Assembly (NCBI GenBank): GCA_964016885.1
Contig: OZ024754.1
Span: 20,584,001-20,648,000, forward strand
Direction: 5' to 3'
Source of the DNA: Eledone cirrhosa
Taxonomy: Eukaryota
Length of the DNA stretch: 64,000 nt
The notes beneath the pieces are model-generated. The model did not search any database and was not told the DNA's origin. It worked only from the letters and a program-made list of their open reading frames with translations. A program made the position numbers and the translations under genes. Below, piece by piece: positions 47,101 through 62,700 of this stretch. How positions within the stretch are numbered: position 1 is the first letter of the stretch; every line of letters starts with the position of its first letter.

Positions 47101-48990
47101 AGACTCCCTCCCATATTACCCTTGGTATTATCATAGGGACTCGCTCCCATATTACCCTTGGTATTAACATAGACTCCCTCCCATATTACCCTTGGTATTA
47201 ACATAGACACCCTCCCATATTCCCCTTGGTATTATCATAGGTACACCCTCCCATATTACCCTTGGTATTAACATAGACTACCTCCCATATTACCCTGGGT
47301 CTTAACATAGACTCCCTCCCATATTAGACTTGGTTTTAACATAGACTCCCTCCCATATTACCCTTGGTATTAACATAGGGACTCCCCCCATATTACCCTT
47401 GGTATTAATATAGAGACTCCCTCCCATATTACCCTTGGTATTAACACAGGGACTCCCTCCCATATTAGCCTTGGTATTAACATAGACTCCCTCCCATATT
47501 AGCCTTGGTATTTACATAGACTTGCTCCCATATTACCCTTGGTATTAACATAGACTCACTCCCATATTACCCTTGGTATTAACATAGGGACTCCCTGCCA
47601 TATTACCCTTGGTATTAACATAGAGACCGCCCCCCATATTACCCATGGTATAAACATAGACTCCCTCCCATATTACCCTTGGTATTAACATAGACTCCAT
47701 CCCATATTACCCTTGGTATTAACATAGACTCCCTCACATATTACAATTGGTGTTAACATAGACTCCCTCCCATATTACGGTTGGTATTAACATAGGGACT
47801 CCCTCCCATATTACCCTTGGTATTAACACAGGGACTCCCTCCCATATTACCCTTGGTATTAACATAGACTCCCTCCCATATTACCCATGGTATTAACATA
47901 GACTCCCTCCCATATTACCCTTGGTATTAACATAGACTCCCTCCCATATTACCCTTGGTATTAACATAGACTACCTCCCATATTACCCTGGGTCTTAACA
48001 TAGACTCCCTCCCATATTAGACTTGGTATTAACATAGGGACTCCCTCCCATATTACCCTTGGTATTAACATAGAGACTCCCCCCATATTACCCTTGGTAT
48101 TAATATAGAGACTCCCTCCCATATTACCCTTGGTGTTAACATAGACTCCCTCCCATATTACCCTTGGTATTAACATAGACTCCCTCCCATATTACCCTTG
48201 GTATTAACATAGGGACTCCCTCCCATATTACCCTTGGTATTAACATAGGGACTCCCTCCCATATTAGCCTTGGTATTTACATAGACTCCCTCCCATATTA
48301 CCCTTGGTATTAACATAGACACACTCCCATATTACCCTTGGTATTAACATAGACTCCCTCCCATATTAGCCTTGGTATTAACATAGGTACACCCTCCCAT
48401 ATTACCCTTGGTATTAACATAGACTCCCTCCAATATTAACCTTGGTATTATCATAGGGACTCCCTCCCATATTACCCTTGGTATTAACATAGACTCCCTC
48501 CCATATTAGACTTGGTATTAACATAGACTCCCTCCCATATTACCCTTGGTATTAACATAGTGACTCTCTCCCATATCACCCTTGGTATTAACATAGAGAC
48601 TCCCCCCATATTACCCTTGGTATTAATATAGAGACTCCCTCCCATATTAACCTTGGTGTTAACATAGACTCCCTCCCATATCACCCTTGGTATTAACATA
48701 GGGACTCCCTCCCATATTTGCCTTGGTATTAACATAGACTCCCTCCCATATTAACATTGGTAATTACATAGACTACCTCCCATATTACCCTTGGTATTAA
48801 CAGAGACTCCCTCCCATGTTAGCCTTGGTATTAACATAGACTACCTCCCATATTACCCTGGGTCTTAACATAGACTCCCTCCCATATTAGACTTGGTATT
48901 AACATAGACTCCCTCCCATATTAGCATTGGTATTTACATAGACTCCCTCCCGTATTACCCTTAGTATTAACATAGACTCCCTCCCATATT
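44130..48990. repeat. Near-perfect higher-order tandem duplication, 2422-bp unit, 2 copies
   Basis: Identical ORF signatures at 44157/46579, 45539/47961 and 46062/48484 are all offset by 2422. CAATTG occurs at 45322 and 47744. Only a few substitutions are visible by eye. Confidence 0.92.
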
Positions 48991-51900
48991 ACCCTTGGTA
49001 TTAACATAGGGACTCCCTCCCATATTAGCCTTGGTATTAACATAGACTCCCTCCCATATTAGCCTTGGTATTAACATAAACTCCCTCCCATATTACCCTT
49101 GGTATTATCATAGGGACTCCCTCCCATATTACCCTTGGTATTAACATAGACTCCCTCCCATATTACCCTTGGTATTAACATAGACACCCTCCCATATTAC
49201 CCTTGGTATTATCATAGGGACTCCCTCCCATATTACCTTTGGTATTAACATAGACTCCCTCCCATATTACCTTTGTTATTAACATAGACTCCCTCCCATA
49301 TTACCCTTGGTATTATGATAGGGACTCGCTCCCATATTACCCTTGGTATTAACATAGACTCCCTCCCATATTACCCTTGGTATTAACATAGACACCCTCC
49401 CATATTACCCTTGGTATTATCATAGGTACACCCTCCCATATTACCCTTGGTATTAACATAGACTACCTCCCATATTACCCTGGGTCTTAACATAGACTCC
49501 CTCCCATATTAGACTTGGTATTAACATAGACTCCCTCCCATATTACCCTTGGTATTAACATAGGGACTCCCTCCCATATTACCCTTGGTATTAACATAGA
49601 GACTCCCCCCATATTACCCTTGGTATTAATATAGAGACTCCCTCCCATATTACCCTTGGTGTTAACATAGACTCCCACCCATATAACCCTTGGTATTAAC
49701 ATAGACTCCCTCCCATATTACCCTTGGTATTAACATAGGGACTCCCTCCCATATTACCCTTGGTATTAACACAGGGACTCCCTCCCATATTAGCCTTGGT
49801 ACTAACATAGACTCCTTCCCATATTAGCCTTGGTATTTACATAGACTCGCTCCCATATTACCCTTGGTATTAACATAGACTCACTCCCATATTACCCTTG
49901 GTATTAACATAGACACCCTCCCATATTAGCCTTGGTATTAACATAGAGACCCCCCCATATTACCCTTGGTATTAATATAGACTCCCTCCCATATTACCCT
50001 TGGTATTAACATAGACCCCCTCCCATATTACCCATGGTATTAGCATAGACTCCCTCCCATATTACCCTTGGTATTAACATAGACTCCCTCCCATATTACC
50101 CTTGGTATTAACATAGGGACTCCCTCCCATATTAGCCTTGGTATTAACATAGACTCCCTCCCATATTACCTTTGGTATTAATATAGACTCCCTCCCATAT
50201 TACCCTTGGTATTAACATAGACACCCTCCCATGTTAGCCTTGGTATTAACATAGACACCTTCCCATATTAGCCTTCGTATTAACATAGACTCCCTCCCAT
50301 ATTAGCCTTGGTATTAACATAGACTCCCCCCCATATTAGCCTTGGTATAAACATAGACTCCCTCCCATATTACCCTTGGTATTAACATAGACTCCCTCCC
50401 ATATTACCCTTGGTATTAACATAGACTCCTCCCATATTACCCTTGGTATTAACAGACTTTCTCCCATATCAGCCTTGGTATTAACATAGAGACTCCGACC
50501 CCCATATTACCCTTGGTATTAACATAGACTCGCTCCCATATTGCCCTTGGTATTATCATAGACTCCCTCACATATTACCCTTGGTATTAACATAGACTCC
50601 CTCCCATATTACCCTTGGTATTAACATAGGGACTCCCTCCCATATTACCCTTGGTATTAACATAGAGACCGCCCCCCCATATTACCCATGGTATAAACAT
50701 AGACTCCCTCCCATATTACCCTTGGTATTAACATAGACTCCATCCCATATTACCCTTGGTATTAACATAGACTCCCTCACATATTACAATTGGTGTTAAC
50801 ATAGACTCCCTCCCATATTACCCTTGGTATTAACATAGGGACTCCCTCCCATATTAGCCTTGGTATTAACATAGATTCCCTCCCATATTAGCCTTGGTAT
50901 TTACATAGACTCCCTCCCATATTACCCTTGGTATTAACATAGACTGCCTCCCATATTACCCTTGGTATTAACATAGGGACTCCCTGCCATATTAGCCTTG
51001 GTATTAACATAGAGACACCCTCACATATTACCCTTGGTATTAATTTAGACTCACTCCCATATTACCCTTGGTATTAACATAGACTCACTCCCATATTACC
51101 CTTGGTATTAACATAGACTCCCTCCCAAATTAGCCTTGGTATCAACATAGAGACCCCCCCCCATATTACCCTTGGTATTAATATAGACTCCCTCCCATAT
51201 TACCCTTGGTATTAACATAGTCCCCCTCCCATATTACCCATGGTATTAACATAGACTCCCTCCCATATTACCCTTGGTATTAACATAGACTCCCTCCCAT
51301 ATTACCCTTGGTATTAACATAGACTACCTCCCATATTACCCTGGGTCTTAACATAGACTCCCTCCCATATTAGACTTGGTATTAACATAGACTCCCTCCC
51401 ATATTACCCTTGGTATTAACATAGGGACTCCCTCCCATATTACCCTTGGTATTAACGTAGAGACTCCCCCCATATTACCCTTGGTATTAATATAGAGACT
51501 CCCTCCCATATTACCCTTGGTGTTAACATAGACTCCCTCCCATATTACCCTTGGTATTAACATAGACTCCCTCCCATATTACCCTTGGTATTAACATAGG
51601 GACTCCCTCCCATATTACCCTTGGTATTAACATAGGGACTCCCTCCCATATTAGCCTTGGTATTTACATACACTCCCTCCCATATTACCCTTGGTATTAA
51701 CATAGACACACTCCCATATTACCCTTGGTATTAACATAGACTCCCTCCCATATTAGCCTTGGTATTAACATAGGTACACCCTCCCATATTACCCTTGGTA
51801 TTAACATAGACTCCCTCCCATATTACCCTTGGTATTATCATAGGGACTCCCTCCCATATTACCCTCGGTATTAACATAGACTCCCTCCCATATTAGACTT

Positions 51901-52700
51901 GGTATTAACATAGACTCCCTCCCACATTACCCTTGGTATTAACATAGTGACTCTCTCCCATATCACCCTTGGTATTAACATAGAGACTCCCCCCATATTA
52001 CCCTTGGTATTAATATAGAGACTCCCTCCCATATTAACCTTGGTATTAACATAGACTCCCTCCCATATCACCCTTGGTATTAACATAGGGACTCCCTCCC
52101 ATATTTGCCTTGGTATTAACATAGACTCCCTCCCATATTAGCATTGTTAATTACATAGACTACCTCCCATATTACCCTTGGTATTAACAGAGACTCCCTC
52201 CCATGTTAGCCTTGGTATTAACATAGACTACCTCCCATATTACCCTGGGTCTTAACATAGACTCCCTCCCATATTAGACTTGGTATTAACATAGACTCCC
52301 TCCCATATTAGCATTGGTATTTACATAGACTCCCTCCCGTATTACCCTTAGTATTAACATAGACTCCCTCCCATATTACCCTTGGTATTAACATAGGGAC
52401 TCCCTCCCATATTAGCCTTGGTATTAACATAGACTCCCTCCCATATTAGCCTTGGTATTAACATAAACTCCCTCCCATATTACCCTTGGTATTATCATAG
52501 GGACTCCCTCCCATATTACCCTTGGTATTAACATAGACTCCCTCCCATATTACCCTTGGTATTAACATAGACACCCTCCCATATTACCCTTGGTATTATC
52601 ATAGGGACTCCCTCCCATATTACCTTTGGTATTAACATAGACTCCCTCCCATATTACCCTTGGTATTAACATAGACTCCCTCCCATATTACCCTTGGTAT
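47900..52700. repeat. Higher-order duplication with 3387-bp offset
   Basis: ORF signature offsets 47961/51348 and 48484/51871 are both 3387. GTGACTCTCTCCCATATCACCC and CCCGTATTACCCTTAG are shared. Confidence 0.8.
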
Positions 52701-53789
52701 TAACATAGACTACCTCCCATATTACCCTTGGTATTAACATAGACTCCCTCCCATATTACCCTTGGTATTAACATAGACACCCTCCCATATTACCCTTGGT
52801 ATTATCATAGGTACACCCTCCCATATTACCCTTGGTATTAACATAGACTACCTCCCATATTACCCTGGGTCTTAACATAGACTCCCTCCCATATTAGACT
52901 TGGTATTAACATAGACTCCCTCCCATATTACCCATGGTATTAACATAGGGACTCCCCCCCATATTACCCTTGGTATTAATATAGAGACTCCCTCCCATAT
53001 TACCTTTGGTGTTAACATAGACTCCCTCCCATATTACCCTTGGTATTAACATAGAATCCCTCCCATATTACCCTTGGTATTAACATAGGGACTCCCTCCC
53101 ATATTACCCTTGGTATTAACACAGGGACTCCCTCCCATATTAGCCTTGGTATTAACATAGACTCCATCCCATATTAGCCTTGGTATTTACATAGACTCGC
53201 TCCCATATTACCCTTGGTATTAACATAGACACACTCCCATATTACCCTTGGTATTAACATAGAGACCCTCCCATTTTAGCCTTGGTATTAACATAGAGAC
53301 CCCCCCCATATTACCCTTGGTATTAATATAGACTCCCTCCCATATTACCCTTGGTATTAACATAGACCCCCTCCCATATTACCCATGGTATTAGCATAGA
53401 CTCCCTCCCATATTACCCTTGGTATTAACATAGACTCCTTCCAATATTACCCTTGGTATTAACATAGGGACTCCCTCCCATATTAGCCTTGGTATTAACA
53501 TAGACTCCCTCCCATATTACCCTTGGTATTAACATAGACTCCCTCCCATATTACCCTTGGTATTAACATAGACTCCCTCCCATGTTAGCCTGGGTATTAA
53601 CATATACTCCTTCCCATATTAGCCTTCGCATTAACATAGACTCCCTCCCATATTAGCCTTGGTATTAACATAGACTCCCTCCCATATTAGCCTTGGTATA
53701 AACATAGACTCCCTCCCATATTACCCTTGATATTAACATAGACCCCCTCCCATATTACCCTTGGTATTAACATAGACTCCTCCCATATT

Positions 53790-56700
53790 ACCCTTGGTAT
53801 TAACAGACTTTCTCCCATATCAGCCTTGGTATTAACATAGAGACTCCGACCCCCATATTACCCTTGGTATTAACATAGACTCGCTCCCATATTACCCTTG
53901 GTATTAACATAGACTCCCTCCCATATTGTCCTTGGTATTATCATAGACTCCCTCACATATTACCCTTGGTATTAACATAGACTCCTTCCCATATTACCCT
54001 TGGTATTAACATAGAGACCGCCCCCCATATTTCCCATGGTATAAACATAGACTCCCTCCCATATTACCCTTGGTATTAACATAGACTCCATCCCATATTA
54101 CCCTTGGTATTAACATAGACTCCCTCATATATTACAATTGGTGTTAACATAGACTCCCTCCCATATTACGGTTGGTATTAACATAGGGACTCCCTCCCAT
54201 ATTACCCTAGGTATTAACACAGGGACTCCCTCCCATATTACCCTTGGTATTAACAGAGACTCCCTCCCATGTTAGCCTTGGTATTAACATAGACTACCTC
54301 CCATATTACCCTGGGTCTTAACATAGACTCCCTCCCATATTAGACTTGGTATTAACATAGACTACCTCCCATATTAGCATTGGTATTTACATAGACTCCC
54401 TCCCATATTACCCTTGGTATTAACATAGACTACCTCCCATATTACCCTGGGTCTTAACATAGACTCCCTCCCATATTAGACTTGGTAATAACATAGACTC
54501 CCTCCCATATTAGCATTGGTATTTACATAGACTCCGTCCCATATTACCCTTGGTATTAACATAGACACCCTCCCATATTACCCTTGGTATTATCATAGGG
54601 ACTCCCTCCCATATTACCCTTGGTATTAACATAGACTCCCTCCCATATTACCCTTGGTATTAACATAGACACCCTCCCATATTACCCTTGGTATTATCAT
54701 AGGGACTCCCTCCCATATTACCTTTGGTATTAACATAGACTCCCTCCCATATTACCCTTGGTATTAACATAGACTCCCTCCCATATTACCCTTGGTATTA
54801 TCATAGGCACTCACTCCCATATTACCCTTGTTATTAACATTGACTCCCTCCCATATTACCCTTGGTATTAACATAGACACCCTCCCATATTACCCTTGGA
54901 ATTATCATAGGTACACCCTCCCATATTACCCTTGGTATTAACATAGACTACCTCCCATATTACCCTGGGTCTTAACATAGACTCCCTCCCATATTACCCT
55001 TGGTATTAACATAGACTCCCTCCCATATTACCCTTGGTATTAACATAGGGACTCCCTCCCATATTACCCTTGGTATTAACATAGAGACTCCCCCCATATT
55101 ACCCTTGGTATTAATATAGAGACTCCCTCCCATATTACACTTGGTATTATCACAGGGACTCCCTCCCATATTAGCCTTGGTATTAACATAGACTCCCTCC
55201 CATATTAGCCTTGGTATTTACATAGACTCACTCCCATATTACCCTTGGTATTAACATAGACTCACTCCTATATTTCCCTTGGTATTAACATAGACACCCT
55301 ATCATATTAGCCTTGGTATTAACTTAGAGACCCCCCCATATTACCCTTGGTATTAATATAGACTCCCTCCCATATTACCCTTGGTATTAACATAGACCCC
55401 CTCCCATATTACCCTTGGTATTAACATACACTCCCTCCCATATTACCCTTGGTATTAACATAGGGACTCCCTGCCATATTAGCCTTGGTATTAACATAGA
55501 CTCCCTACCATATTACCCTTGGTATTAACATAGACTCCTTCCCATATTAGCCTTCGTATTAACATAGACTCCCTCCCATATTAGCCTTGGTATAAACATA
55601 GACTCCCTCCCATATTACCCTTGGTATTAACATAGACTCCCTCCCATATTTCCCTTGGTATTATCATAGACTCCCTCACATATTACCCTTGGTATTAACA
55701 TAGATTCCCTCCCATATTACCCTTGGTATTAACATAGGGACTCCCTCACATATTACTCTTGGTATTAACATAGAGACCGCCCCCCATATTACCCATGGTA
55801 TAAACATAGACTCCCTCCCATATTACCCTTGGTATTAACATAGACTCCATCCCATATTACCCTTGGTATTAACATAGACTCCCTCACATATTACAATTGG
55901 TGTTAACATAGACTCCGTCCCATATTACGGTTGGTATTAACATAGGGACTCCCTCCCATATTAGCCTTGGTATTAACATAGGGACTCCCTCCCATATTAG
56001 CCTTGGTATTAACATAGACTCCCTCCCATATTAGCCTTGGTATTTACATAGACTCCCTCCCATATTACCATTGGTATTAACATAGACTGCCTCCCATATT
56101 ACCCTTGGTATTAACATAGGGACTCCCTCCAATATTAGCCTTGGTATTAACATAGAGACTCCCTCCCATATTACCCTTGGTATTAATTTAGACTACCTCT
56201 CATATTAACCTTGGTGTTAACATAGACTCCCTCCCATATTACCCTTGGTATTAACATAGGGACTCCCTCCCATATTAGCCTCGGTATTAACATAGGGACT
56301 GCCTCCCATATTAGCCTTGGTATTTACATAGACTCCCTCCCATATTACCCTTGGTACTAACATAGACTCCCTCCCATATTACCCTTGGTATTAACATAGA
56401 CTCCCTCCCATATTACCCTTGTTATTAACATAGGGATTCCCTCCCATATTACCCTTGGTATTAACATAGAGACTACCCCCATATTACCCTTGGTATTAAC
56501 AGACTTTCTCCCATATCAGCCTTGGTATTAACATAGAGACTCCGACCCCCATATTACCCTTGGTATTAACATAGACTCGCTCCCATATTACCCTTGGTAT
56601 TAACATAGACTCCCTCCCATATTGTCCTTGGTATTATCATAGACTCCCTCACATATTACCCTTGGTATTAACATAGACTCCTTCCCATATAACCCTTGGT

Positions 56701-59700
56701 ATTAACATAGAGACCGCCCCCCATATTACCCATGGTATAAACATAGACTCCCTCCCATATTACCCTTGGTATTAACATAGACTCCATCCCATATTACCCT
56801 TGGTATTAACATAGACTCCTTCACATATTACAATTGGTGTTAACATAGACTCCCTCCCATATTACGGTTGGTATTAACATAGGGACTCCCTCCCATATTA
56901 CCCTCGGTATTAACACAGGGACTCCCTCCCATATTACCCTTGGTATTAACAGAGACTCCCTCCCATGTTAGCCTTGGTATTAACATAGACTACCTCCCAT
57001 ATTACCCTGGGTCTTAACATAGACTCCCTCCCATATTAGACTTGGTATTAACATAGACTACCTCCCATATTAGCATTGGTATTTACATAGACTCCCTCCC
57101 ATATTACCCTTGGTATTAACATAGACTACCTCCCATATTACCCTGGGTCTTAACATAGACTCCCTCCCATATTAGACTTGGTATTAACATAGACTCCCTC
57201 CCATATTAGCATTGGTATTTACATAGACTCCGTCCCATATTACCCTTAGTATTAACATAGACTCCCTCCCATATTACCCTTGGTATTAACATAGGGACTC
57301 CCTCCCATATTAGCCTTGGTATTAACATAGACACCCTCCCATATTACCCTTGGTATTAACATAGACTCCCTCCCATATTACCCTTGGTATTAACATAGAC
57401 TCCCTCCCATGTTATCCTTGGTATTAACATAGACTCCCTCCCATATTAGCCTTGGTATTAACATAGACTCCCTCCCATATTACCCTTGGTATTATCATAG
57501 GGACTCCCTCCCATATTACCCTTGGTATTAACATAGACTCCCTCCCATATTACCCTTGGTATTAACATAGACACCCTCCCATATTACCCTTGGTATTATC
57601 ATAGGGACTCCCTCCCATATTACCTTTGGTATTAACATAGACTCCCTCCCATATTACCCTTGGTATTAACATAGACTTCCTCCCATATTACCCTTGGTAT
57701 TATCATAGGGACTCGCTCCCATATTACCCTTGTTATTAACATAGACTCCCTCCCATATTACCCTTGGTATTAACATAGACACCCTCCCATATTACCCTTG
57801 GAATTATCATAGGTACACCCTCCCATATTACCCTTGGTATTAACATAGACTCCCTCCCATATTACCCTTGGTATTAACATAGGGACTCCCTCCCATATTA
57901 CCCTTGGTATTAACATAGAGACTCCCCCCATATTACCCTTGGTATTAATATAGAGACTCCCTCCCATATTACCCTTGGTGTTAACATAGACTCCCTCCCA
58001 TATTACCCTTGGTATTAACATAGACTCCCTCCCATATTACCCTTGGAATTTACATAGGGACTCCCTCCCATATTACCCTTGGTATTATCACAGGGACTCC
58101 CTCCCATATTAGCCTTGGTATTAACATAGACTCCCTCCCATATTAGCCTTGGTATTTACATAGACTCGCTCCCATATTACCCTTGGTATTAACATAGACT
58201 CACTCCTATATTTCCCTTGGTATTAACATAGACACCCTCCCATATTAGCCTTGGTATTAACATAGAGACCCCCCCATATTACCCTTGGTATTAATATAGA
58301 CTCCCTCCCATATTACCCTTGGTATTAACATAGACCCCCTCCCATATTACCCATGGTATTAGCATAGACTCCCTCCCATATTACCCTTGGTATTAACATA
58401 GACTCCCTCCCATATTACCCTTGGTATTAACATAGGGACTCCCTGCCATATTAACCTTGGTATTAACATAGACTCCCTCCCATATTACCCTTGGTATTAA
58501 CATAGACTCCCTCCCATATTACCCTCGGTATTAACATAGACTCCCTCCCATGTTAGCCTTGGTATTAACATAGACTCCTTCCCATATTAGCCTTCGTATT
58601 AACATAGACTCCCTCCCATATTAGCCTTGGTATTAACATAGACTCCCTCCCATATTACCCTTGGTATTAACATAGACTCGCTCCCATATTACCCTTGGTA
58701 TTAGCATAGACTGCCTCCCATATTACCCTTGGTATTAAAATAGGGACTCCCTCCCATGTTAGCCTTGGTATTAACATAGAGACTCCCTCCCATATTACCC
58801 TTGGTATTAATTTAGACTACCTCCCATATTAACCTTGGTGTTAACATAGACTCCCTCCCATATTACCCTTGGTATTAACATAGGGACTCCCTCCCATATT
58901 AGCCTTGGTATTAACATAGGAACTCCCTCCCATATTAGCCTTGGTATTTACATAGACTCCCTCCCATATTACCCTTGGTACTAACATAGACTCCCTCCCA
59001 TATTACCCTTGGTATTAACATAGACTCCCTCCCATATTACCCTTGTTATTAACATAGGGTTCCCTCCCATATTACCCTTGGTATTAACATGGAGACTACC
59101 CCCATATTACCCTTGGTATTAATGTAGAGACTCCCTCCCATATTAACCTTGGTGTTAACATAGACACCCTCCCATATTACCCTTGGTATTAACATAGGGA
59201 CTCCCTCCCATATTAGCCTTGGTATTAACATAGGGACTCCCTCCCATATTAGCCTTTGTATTTACATAGACTCCCTCCCATATTACCCTTGGTATTAACA
59301 TAGACTCCCTCTCATATTACCCTTGGTATTAACATAGACTCCCTGCCATATTACACTTTGTATTAACATAGACTCACCTCCCCATATTACCCTTGGTATT
59401 AATATAGACTCCCTCCCATATTAGCCTTGGTATTAACATAGACTCACTCCCATATTACCCTTGGTATTAACATAGACACCCTCCCATGTTAGCCTTGGTA
59501 TTAACATGGACTCTTTCCCATATTAGCCTTGGTATTAACATAGACTCCCTCCCATATTAGCCTTGGTATTAACATAGACTCCCTCCCATATTACACTTGG
59601 TATTAACATAGGGACTCCCTCCCATATTACCATTGGTGTTAACATAAGGACTCTCTCCCATATTACCTTTGGTATTAACATAGACTCCCTCCCATATTAC

Positions 59701-62700
59701 CCTTGGTATTATCATACGGACTCCCTCCCATATTACCCTTGGTATTAACATAGACTCCCTTCCATATTACCCTTGGTATTAACATAGACACCCTCCCATA
59801 TTACCCTTGGGATTATCATAGGTACACCCTCCCATATTACCCTTGGTATTAACATAGACTCCCTCCCATATTACCCTTGGAATTGTCATAGGGACACCCT
59901 CCCATATTAGCCTTGGTATTAACATAGACTCCCTCCCATATTAGCATTGGTAATTACATAGACTACCTCCCATATTACCCTTGGTATTAACATAGACTCC
60001 CTCCCATGTTAGCCTTGGTATTAACATAGACTACCTCCCACATTACCCTGGGTCTTAACATAGACTCCCTCCCATATTAGACTTGGTATTAACATAGAGA
60101 CTCCCCCTCCCCCATATTACCCTTGGTATTAATATAGAGACTCCCTCCCATATTAAGCTTGGTGTTAACATAGACTCCCTCCCATATTACCCTTGGTATT
60201 AACATAGGGACTCCCTCCCATATTAGCCTTGGTATTAACATAGACTCCCTCCCATATTAGCATTGGTATTTACATAGACTCCCTCCCATATTACCCTTGG
60301 TATTAACATAGACTACCTCCCATCTTACCCTGGGTCTTAACATAGACTCCCTCCCATATTAGACTTGGTATTAACATAGACTCCCTCCCATATTAGCCTT
60401 GGTATTAACATAGACACCCTCCCATATTACCCTTGGTATTAACATAGACTCCCTCCCATATTACCCTTGGTATTAACATAGGGACTCCCTCCCATATTAG
60501 CCTTGGTATTAACATAGACACCCGCCCATATTACCCTTGGTATTAACATAGACTCCCTCCCATATTACCCTTGGTATTAACATAGACTCCCTCCCATGTT
60601 AGCCTTGGTATTAACATAGACCTTTCCCATATTAGCCTTGGTATTAACATAGACTCCCTCCCATATTAGCCTTGGTATTAACATAGACTCCCTCCCATAT
60701 TACCCTTGGTATTATCATAGGGACTCCCTCCCATATTACCCTTGGTATTAACATAGACTCCCTCCCATATTACTCTTGATATTAACATAGACACCCTCCC
60801 ATATTACCCTTGGTATCATCATAGGGACTCCCTCCCATATTACCCTTGGTATTAACATAGACTCCCTTCCATATTACCCTTGGTATTATCATAGGGTCTC
60901 CCTCCCATATTACCCTTGGTATTAACATAGACTCCCTCCCATATTACCCTTGGTATTAACATAGACACCCTCTCATATTACCCTTGGTATTATCACAGGT
61001 ACACCCTCCCATATTACCCTTGGTATTAACATAGACTACCTCCCATATTACCCTGGGTCTTAACATAGACTCCCTCCCATATTAGACTTGGTATTAACAT
61101 AGACACCCTCCCATATTACCCTTGGTATTAACATAGGGACTCCCTCCCATATTACCTTTGGTATTAACATAGACTCCCTCCCATATTACCCTTGGTATTA
61201 ACATAGACTCCCTCCCATATTGCCCTTGGTATTATCATAGACTCCCTCACATATTACCCTTGGTATTAACATAGATTCCCTCCCATATTACCCTTGGTAT
61301 TAACATAGGGACTCCCTCCCATATTACTCTTGGTATTAACATAGAGACCGCCCCCCATATTACCCATGGTATAAACATAGACTCCCTCCCATATTACCCT
61401 TGGTATTAACATAGACTCCATCCCATATTACCCTTGGTATTAACATAGACTCCCTCACATATTACAATTGGTGTTAACATAGACTCCCTCCCATATTACG
61501 GTTGGTATTAACATAGGGACTCCCTCCCATATTAGCCTTGGTATTAACATAGGGACTCCCTCCCATATTAGCCTTGGTATTAACATAGACTCCCTCCCAT
61601 ATTAGCCTTGGTATTTACATAGACTCCCTCCCATATTACCCTTGGTATTAACATAGACTGCCTCCCATATTACCCTTGGTATTAAAATAGGAACTCCCTC
61701 CCATGTTAGCCTTGGTATTAACATAGAGACTCCCTCCCATATTAGCCTTGGTATTAACATAGGGACTCCCTCCCATATTAGCCTTGGTATTTACATAGAC
61801 TCCCTCCCATATTACCCTTGGTACTAACATAGACTCCCTCCCATATTACCCTTGGTATTAACATAGACTCCCTCCCATATTACCCTTGTTATTAACATAG
61901 GGATTCCCTCCCATATTACCCTTGGTATTAATATAGAGACTACCCCCATATTACCCTTGGTATTAATGTAGAGACTCCCTCCCATATTAACCTTGGTGTT
62001 AACATAGACACCCTCCCATATTACCCTTGGTATTAACATAGGGACTCCCTCCCATATTAGCCTTGGTATTAACATAGGGACTCCCTCCCATATTAGCCTT
62101 TGTATTTACATAGACTCCCTCCCATATTACCCTTGGTATTAACATAGACTCCCTCTCATATTACCCTTGGTATTAACATAGACTCCCTGCCATATTACAC
62201 TTTGTATTAACATAGACTCACCCCCCATATTACCCTTCGTATTAATATAGACTCCCTCCCATATTAGCCTTGGTATTAACATAGACTCCCTCCCATATTA
62301 CCCTTGGTATTAACATAGACACCCTCCCATGTTAGCCTTGGTATTAACATGGACTCTTTCCCATATTAGCCTTGGTATTAACATAGACTCCCTCCCATAT
62401 TAGCCTTGGTATTAACATAGACTCCCTCCCATATTAGCCTTGGTATTAACATAGACTCCCTCCCATATTACACTTGGTATTAACATAGGGACTCCCTCCC
62501 ATATTACCCTTGGTATTAACATAAGGACTCTCTCCCATATTACCTTTGGTATTAACATAGACTCCCTCCCATATTACCCTTGGTATTATCATAGGGACTC
62601 CCTCCCATATTACCCTTGGTATTAACATAGACTCCCTTCCATATTACCCTTGGTATTAACATAGACACCCTCCCATATTACCCTTGGGATTATCATAGGT

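Noticed and set aside
60155-60160. Apparently unique HindIII site (AAGCTT) as a junction or cloning scar
   Set aside because: It is a single substitution in an AACCTTGGTGTT-type monomer, and the repeat phase continues on both sides. It is useful only as a mapping landmark.
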